64,000 bases of DNA, from positions 129,499 through 193,498 of the forward strand of contig QPMI01000163.1 of the NCBI GenBank assembly GCA_004431415.1, read 5' to 3'. Below the pieces are notes generated by a model. That model did not search any database. It was not told where the DNA came from and was given only the letters and a program-made list of their open reading frames with translations. Position 1 is the stretch's first letter. Each line of letters begins with the position of its first letter. Source of the stretch: Cyanophora paradoxa CCMP329. Lineage: Eukaryota; Plantae; Glaucophyta. A program made the position numbers and the translations under genes. This document shows positions 57,225 through 64,000 of this stretch, one piece after another.

Positions 57225-60200
57225 TCAGTCGGAGGGGGCCGCCGCGGCGAGGATGAGGTGGGCGGGGGCCTCGCCGGCGGCGGCGAGGTCGGCGGCCATG
57301 GCGAGGGCGGCGTCCAGGCCGGCCGCCCACGCCGCCGTCTCGAAGAGCGGCGCCGCCGGCCCGCGGCCCCGCGGCAGGGCCCCGGGCCCCAGGGCGGCCA
57401 GGTCCTCGTACGCCTTCAGGCTGCGCGCCACGGGGGCCCGCCCGGGCGGGGCCAGCCGCGCTGCCTCCTGCGCCCCGTCCACCTCGCAGCTGGCGCCCCC
57501 GAGGCCGAGTGCACCATCCTGCGGCCCCGGAGGTGAGCTCGAGGCGCGGCTGGGTGCGGGCCCGGCCGGGTGCCGTCCACGGGGCGCACGCGGAGGCGAC
57601 GCGGGAGGAGATGGAGTCGCCCCGCAGCGTCACCGCCGGCACCCCGCTGCGGGGGCGGTGAGGGGGGCGGTGTGGAGATGGGGGACGCTGCCGGGGGCGT
57701 GGGTACCCGAAGAGGTAGTCGAGGAGGGTGGTCACGCCGTTGTACTGCGCGGGGCGGTGTTGGGGGCGGGAAGGGGCGAAAGGAGGGGGTGCGCACGAGG
57801 GGCGTGTCGAGGTAGAGGTCGGCGAGGGCGGCGCGCCGCGCCTGCCGCGGCCCCGATCAGCGCGGGGGCGCGGGGCCTCGGCGGGGGCCGGGGGCGGGCC
57901 TGGGCGACGACGTCGGGGCGGCGCGGGGCGAAGAGGAGGCGGGAGGCGGGGAGGCCACGGGCGGCGAGCTGCGCGCCGGCCGCGGGGGCCACGTCGAGCT
58001 GCAGCTCCTCCAGCATCCACAGCACCGACGACGGCGACCGCCGCAGCGCGTTCCCCCACACCTGCCCCGCCACGCAGCTCAGGCGGGGCCGGGGCGAGCA
58101 GAGAGGCCCGGGCAGGGCGCACGTCCATGAGCTCGGGGTACAGCTTCACGGTCTGGTGGGGGGTGGGTACCGCTCGCGGGGGCGCGCGGGGATGGAGGGG
58201 TACGGGGGGCGGACCCGATGGTGGACGGCCAGCACGCGGGCCCCGGGGGGTAGCCCCTCCTCCTCACGGGAGGTCTGCTGCAGCGCCTCGCTGGAGAGTA
58301 TGCTCCGTAGGCTGCACCCTCGTCAGAAGCAGGGGAACGGATGCCGAGAGCGGGGCGGGCCTGTTCATGGCGATGGAGAGCGGGGGAGGGAGGACGAGGG
58401 CCTTCTCCGAGAGCTCCCCGAGGGCCGCCTCGGGGGCCGTCGACACGCGGTCCCCAAACCTGCCGCCCCCCCTCTCGCTGGGGTACGGCGCCAGCGGGGC
58501 GGGCGGGGCGGGGGTACAGGTAGTCGAAGAAGGGAGCGCCGGTGGAGCCGATGGTGGAGTGGAGCTGCACGGGGGCCGGCCGCAGCGCCGAAATTTCGGG
58601 GAGGTCACCCTGCGAGAAGGGGCACGGGTGAGGTGCGGCGGGAGTGGGACGGGGCGGGGCGGGGGCGGGGGCGGGGCGGGGCGGACGGCGGTCCAGAAGT
58701 CGAGGTGGACGAGGACGTGCGCCCCGTCGGTGTTGATCTGCTCGGCGATGCGCCGCGCGCTCCAGCCCCGCACGTCGTACTGCTTCGCCGCGGCGGCGGC
58801 GACCTCGCGCAGCACAGGGCTGTCGCCAAGGCCGAGCCCCTCCCAGCGGTTGTACACGTAGATCTCCACGCGGTTCCGGTCCTGCAGCCCGAAGACCTGC
58901 CGCCAGGACCATCCCATCGAGGTTTCCTGCGCCGCCATGAGCGCCGAGGCCCTGACAGACGGAAGGAGGCGGGCGCACCCCGAGATAGGAGCTGTAGTAG
59001 GCGATGCGGAGGCGGGGCGGGCCGGAGGGGGCGGCCGGCGGGAGGAGCGCGGACGGGGCCGGGAAGGGCGCGGCGTGGCCGGCGGCGGCGACCTGGCGGA
59101 GGAGGAAGCGGGCGGAGCGGACGAGGGCGGCGCGCTTGGCCGCCGCCGGCAGCGGCAGCGACATCGCCCTGCCCACCCCGTCGGCGCGGAAGCGCTGGAG
59201 AGAGGGGCCGGGGCGGACCACCAGGGGGTGATGGGCGCGGAGGCGGCGGCGGCCTCGGGCTGCGCCAGGAGCCACGCGACGCCCTCCAGCGCCTCCGCCA
59301 CCGCCTGCCGTCCCGTCAGCCCGAGCAGCAGCGGGCGGGCGAGGCGGCGGGGGCGCGCGCCTCGTCCCAGGAGTCCCAGACGAGGGCGCGGGAGAGGGCG
59401 AGGAGGCGGCCCGAGGCGGCAACGGCGCGCGTGCTCGGCTCCCGCGCCACCTCCTGCACAGGCGCCTCGATTTGAGGGAAGCAGCGGGCAGGAGGGCGGG
59501 GGACGCACGCGGAGGCGGGAGAAGTGGCGGGCGGCCGCCGCGGCGTCCCCTGTCGATGTCGCCGCCCCGCCTGCGCCCCCGCCGCGCCCCGTGAGCCGCG
59601 TACGCCGGGGCGTGGCGAGCGGGGGGAAGGGGCCGCGCCACGGAACCAGCGTGTGGTCTCCTCGAGGCGCGGCTCGAGCTCCTCGGCGATCGCGCACGCC
59701 GCCTCCACCGCCTCCTGCCGCCGCGCCTGCCCCGCCGCGTGAGGCTAGAAGGAGAAGGTGCGGGCGCTGGGAGGGCGGGGCGGGCCTGGGCGGCGGCGCG
59801 GCAGAGGTCGAGGAAGTGGTCGGCGCGGGGCGCGGCGGCCGCCCACGCCGCCTGGCGCGCCGCCACCTCGAGGGCCTCCTCCGTCCCACCACGCCGCCCC
59901 CGGCGCCCGGGACCAGGGTCGCCCCCTGCGCCCCGGCGAGCGCCTTGGCCGCCCCGTCGTGGGACGGGTCCGCCAGCAGCGCGCGGCGGAGCAGCACGGC
60001 CGCCGCCGCCTCGCCGCCGCCGCCCCCGCGAAGCGCCGGAGGAGGGCGGCGGCGTAGTACGCCTCGGCCGGCCCGCCGGGAGGGCGGCGGGGTGGGCGCC
60101 CGCAAGTCGCCCCGCCGCCTCGTAGAGCGACGCCGCCTCCGCGAGGCGGCCCGCCCCCGCCGCCCGCTCCGCCGCCTCCCACGCCCCGCCCGCCCCGTGC

Positions 60201-60812
60201 TCCTCCGCCCCCTCCGGCGAGGGCGAGGGCCGCGCCGTCGCCCCGCCCCCGAACAGCCGCCGCATGAGGCTCGGCGCGGCGCTCGGCTCCGGGGCGCCGC
60301 GCCGGCGCCTGCGCCTCCAGGGAACGGCGCGTCGGACCGGATGCGCGGGGCGGGGGCCAGCCAGCGGCCGGCGCTGGCGGGCGCGTGCGCCGCCTCGACC
60401 TCCGCCAGCGGCGCGCTTCGCCCCGTGACGCGCGCTGAGAGCGACACGCCGGCGCCCGCAGCATCCGCCCCGAAGGCCAGCCTCAGCTCATCCCCGTCGA
60501 CGGCCGCATCTGCGCGCGCCTGGAGCAGCCCTTCTCCGCTCCAGGACAGATTCGCAGCGCCGCTCGCCACCGCGCGCAGCCGCACGTCCGCGGCATCAGC
60601 CTGCAGCTCGAACGATACGAGGCACGGGCACTGCGCGCTCGCCGTCAGCATGTGCAGCCTGGCAGCGCGGGCACACGTCGGGAACGCACGCCGGGAACGG
60701 TCAGCTCGATCCACTCCGACTGCGTCAGGTTGAACTGCAGCGCGTTCACCCCCGTTGCGCTGATTGCGGCTGCGAGCACCGCCAGCGCTGCTATCAGCTG
60801 CAGACAGCGCAT
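57225..60812 (-). CDS. GT41 (OGT/SPINDLY-like) glycosyltransferase with TPR-like region and N-terminal signal peptide
   Basis: RLRIAYYSS, DRNRVEIYVY, IAEQINTDGAHVLVHL, ALRPAPVQ, STGAPFFDY, SEKALVLP, KLYPE, SVLWML, YNGVTT and VPAVTLRGDSISSRVAS. N-terminus MRCLQLIAALAVLAAAISATGVNA. Confidence 0.88.
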
Positions 60813-61159
60813 TCGAGCCCCCGGGCGCGTTCAAATTCGTGCCATCGATAGCCGCGCCGCCGCTTCTCGCGCCGCGAATCGCATACCCAGCTCAGCGCAA
60901 TGTCGAACGCATCCGGCGGCTCCCCGACCGGCCGCGCGCTGATCGCAGACCTGCAACGGTGTGTGCGAGCGGTATGATGCGCCTGGTCCGCCGCGCCGAA
61001 ACAAACGTCGTTCGCAGGCGCTCCGCGCTCTTGCACCGCGCTTCGAACGGGTTCCAGGCGCGCTGAGAGCGCTCACACGTCCCTCCCGCGAGCGCCGCTG
61101 CCCTTGCGCGCCTTGCCGAGCGGCCGCAGGTCCTCGCGCTGAGCGAGGGCGGGCGGGAG

Positions 61160-63086
61160 ATGAGCGCGGAGCAAGGTTCGCCGCTCCGCCGCGCTGCCGG
61201 CTCGGCTGAGCTGACGCGGGGCCTTGCGCAGCGGCGGAGGTGTGTCGGGGGCGGCTCGCGCAGCGGGAGGCGACGCCGCACAAGGAGCTCGAGTTCGGGG
61301 GCGGCCTTTGGGCCCGCTACCACGAGTCCGCGCGGCCGCTCGGGGCCTCCCGCCCCGCACGACGGTGCCGACGCGGGCGCAGGATGAAGGCGCAGGCGAT
61401 GGCGGAGTTCGTGGAGCGCGTCGGAACGGGACGCGCGGCGGCGGCGCCCGTCGACCTCTCCGGCGTCAGTGCGCGCCGATGCCCCAGGGAGCGTCGGCCG
61501 CGGGTGCGACGCGGCGGGCCCCGCAGACCCGTACGCGCTGCTCGTCGTGCCCGAGGCATCCTCCCCCGTGCGCCCCGCGCCCCGCCCCAGCGCGCCGCCT
61601 GGGGCCGAGCGAGCAGTGCCGGGGGCAGTGGGCGGAGTACGCGACGCTGGGGTGGCGGGGGCGGCCTCGGGCGGGCGGCGAGGGCCCGACCTTCGGCGGG
61701 GCCGGGCGGGGGGCGGCCGCGGGGGCGCCGGGGTGGACCTGGAGGCCCTCGCGGGGGAGCTGCGGGCCCGAAGGACCCGCTCGCCGCCGTCCGCGACGCC
61801 AAGCGGTGAGACGCCGCGCAGGGCCGCCCGCGCGGGCTCCCCTCGTGACGGGCGGGCAGGCGGGCATCGGACGTGGTGGCGACGAGCAACGGCTGGGAGG
61901 TCGTCGTCCCCGACGGCCTCTCCCTCCAGCACGGCCCGCCCCGCCCCGCCCGCGCCTCGCAACCTCCCGCCGGCGCGCCGACGCGGGGCGGCAGCGGCGG
62001 AGGTGCTGCGGCAGCGGCTCGAGCAGCGGCGCCGCACCCCGCACGCCGAGTACGGCGGCGGGCCCCGCGCCCGTTACGGCCAGTGCGCCAGTTCTTCTTC
62101 CCGCCTGTCCGGCCCGTCTCATCCTCTCCATGCTTCGAAGGGAGCGGGCTGCGGCGGAGGCAGAGTTCGTGGAGCGGTTCGCGGCGCCCTTCCCGCCCGA
62201 CGTCCGCCACGCCGGTGCGCTCCCCCGTCCCCCGCACATCGCGGGCCGTCTGGAGCGGGCGGGGGCAGATCGCGGGGCGGTACTCGTGGTGCCGCAGGAG
62301 GACCACCCGGTACCCCGCCCCCTCGGGCCTCGCCCGGCGGCTGAGGGGCGCAGATGGCGGCGCTGGCGGAGGCCGGCCTCGCGGGGGCGGCCTCGGCCAG
62401 CCGCCCCGCCCCGCCCGCCCGCCCCTCTCCGCCACCCAGCGCGCCCTCCGCGCCGCCGGCCGTCCGCCCCCTCCCGCCCCCCCGCACGCATCCTTCTCTG
62501 GCCCCTGACGCTGCGCTGTGTGGGCAGCGGCGGGGCTGGGGGCGGGGTTCGCGGCGCGGGAGCGGGTGGCGACGGGCGCCGGCTTCACGATCGAGATCCC
62601 CGAGGGATGAGCGACGAGGAGGCGCTCGAGATCGCCCGCGAGCGCCTCTGGCAGCGCTACGCCAGCGCGGGGCCCCCTGGCACGCCAGCGCCCCGGAGGA
62701 GCCCTGGGCCCCGCCGCCCGCGCCCACGAGGCCAAGGCCGGCCCCCGCCTCTCCTTGCTCCCCCGCGGCATGCCGCCAGTGACGCGGCGCGTGCAGGCGC
62801 GGGCCTACGAGGAGTTCATCGCCCTCAAGGCGGGGCCCGAGGCCCCCACGGCCCCGGCGTGCGCCCCGCCGGCCCTCCCCCGCCCCCCGCGCCGCCCACG
62901 GCCCCGCGCAGGCACCCGGAGCGGGGCGGGCTGGGCCCGCTGCGCGCCGTGCCCCGCGAGGTCCCCCGCTCGCCCCGCCCCCTCCCGCGCCCCCTGACCC
63001 CGTCCAGGGCTACCCCCTCGCCCCCTCCTTCGGCGCCGGCCCGGGCTTCCGCCGCGCCCCGTGAGCGCTCGCGCCCCGCGATGTAA
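61160..63086 (+). CDS. Hypothetical spliced protein with an internal duplication
   Basis: Exon-like segments AMAEFVER...ALLVVPE and AEAEFVER...AVLVVPQE. Family not recognised and ends approximate. Confidence 0.45.
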
Positions 63087-63127
63087 CGCGTGTCTCTGTG
63101 TCCGAAAGAAAGGCGAGCGCGGGGGCG

Positions 63128-64000
63128 TCAGCGGGCGGCGGCCTTGGGGGTGTGGGGGAGGACGGAGAGGAGGCGGGGCAGGGGGCGGGTGCCTCCCGGG
63201 GAGGGGGGCCCCTGGGTCGCCTCCCCCTCCACCGCGTCCCCGCGCCGGAAGGGGTGCGCCGCCGCCAGCTCCGGCGGCACGCACACCGCCTCCCCCGCCT
63301 CCGTCTTCACCTGCGCTCCGCAGTGTTCAACGGGCGGGGCGGGCGGGCGGGCCGGGCGGGGGTGCGGGGCGGACCTCGAAGCCGCCGATGATCTTCTCGA
63401 GGCGGCCTTTTACGCGCCACGTGCGCGGCGCCTCCTCCTCCGCCTCGGCCTCCCGCGCCCGCTTCCGCCCCGCCTCCCGCGGCGGGCTCACCGCCGCCGC
63501 CCCCCGCGGCGGGGACACCGGCGGCTCCGCGGCGGCCTCCGCCCCGCCCAGCAGCGGGCTGATGATCCCGCCTGCAATGCCGGATCCCTGCCGGGGTGCC
63601 GCGTGAGGGCGGGGAGGGCGGGCCGCAGGGGCGGGGAGCGAGAGGGACCAGGCGCAGGGGCGACACGGGAGCGTCGGGATTGGCGGTGGGAATCTGCAGC
63701 CCGCCCCTGCGCCCCGGTGAGGGCCCAGGCGGGGCGGGGCGGGGGCCGTGCGCGGCGCACCCCGGCGGGGGCGGCGAGGAGGGGGGCGCGGAGTGCATGG
63801 GGCGGGGCGGGGAGACGGACTGCCTGGGGCGGGGCGGGGAGATGGGGCGGATAGGTTCCGCGCAGACGATGCGGGGAGGGGAGATGGAGACTCTAGCTGG
63901 CGCCCGGGGGCGGGGCCGGCGGCCGGGGAAGGGGCCTGGCGGGGCCGCCGGCGGTCGGGGGCGACGCCTGGCGGGGCCGGCTGGGGAGGAGCGAGCGACC
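63128..64000 (-). CDS. 3' part of a hypothetical gene entering from the right edge
   Basis: Spliced RTWRVKGRLEKIIGGFE|VKTEAGEAVCVPP...FRRGDAVEG (OB-fold-like pattern) and an NLS-like RKRAR. Confidence 0.45.

Noticed and set aside
54035-60400. Frameshifts in VWA5A and GT41 (and similar ones in SppA) as pseudogenisation
   Set aside because: They fall in G/C homopolymer-rich tracts where sequencing indels or unrecognised introns are likelier, and the domain motifs remain in order.

Overview
Eukaryotic nuclear DNA that is very GC-rich, gene-dense and full of short spliceosomal introns (many about 50-90 nt, many with GC donors). Most long ORFs in the supplied track are GC artefacts, so genes were reconstructed by hand across introns and exon boundaries are approximate. 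Phe-initial transit peptides (MAFS..., MASF...) and a microbial rhodopsin suggest a primary-plastid alga, possibly a Cyanophora-like glaucophyte (inference). About 24 host genes, mostly in tight head-to-head pairs, include two F-box/LRR proteins, SppA, GDPD, Trm10, an HMG-box protein, an FkbM methyltransferase with a huge Gln/Trp insert, DUF707, an 85-aa plastid microprotein, a PKD-repeat/TRP-like/kinase-like membrane fusion, Pop4, a TKL kinase, RPAIN, a degenerate thiamine pyrophosphokinase, a GPI-type surface protein, USP36/42, ABHD11, a DTN-motif rhodopsin, VWA5A and a signal-peptide-bearing GT41. The main find is a 7,235-bp DNA transposon (42889-50123, ATC target duplication, CGT...ACG ends) inserted in the ABHD11 coding sequence. 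It carries the C-terminal half of a RAG1/Transib-like transposase arranged tail-to-tail with a BAH-like (chromatin-reader) gene, a ProtoRAG-like layout with a different partner. All homology calls rest on motif recognition; no database searches were run.
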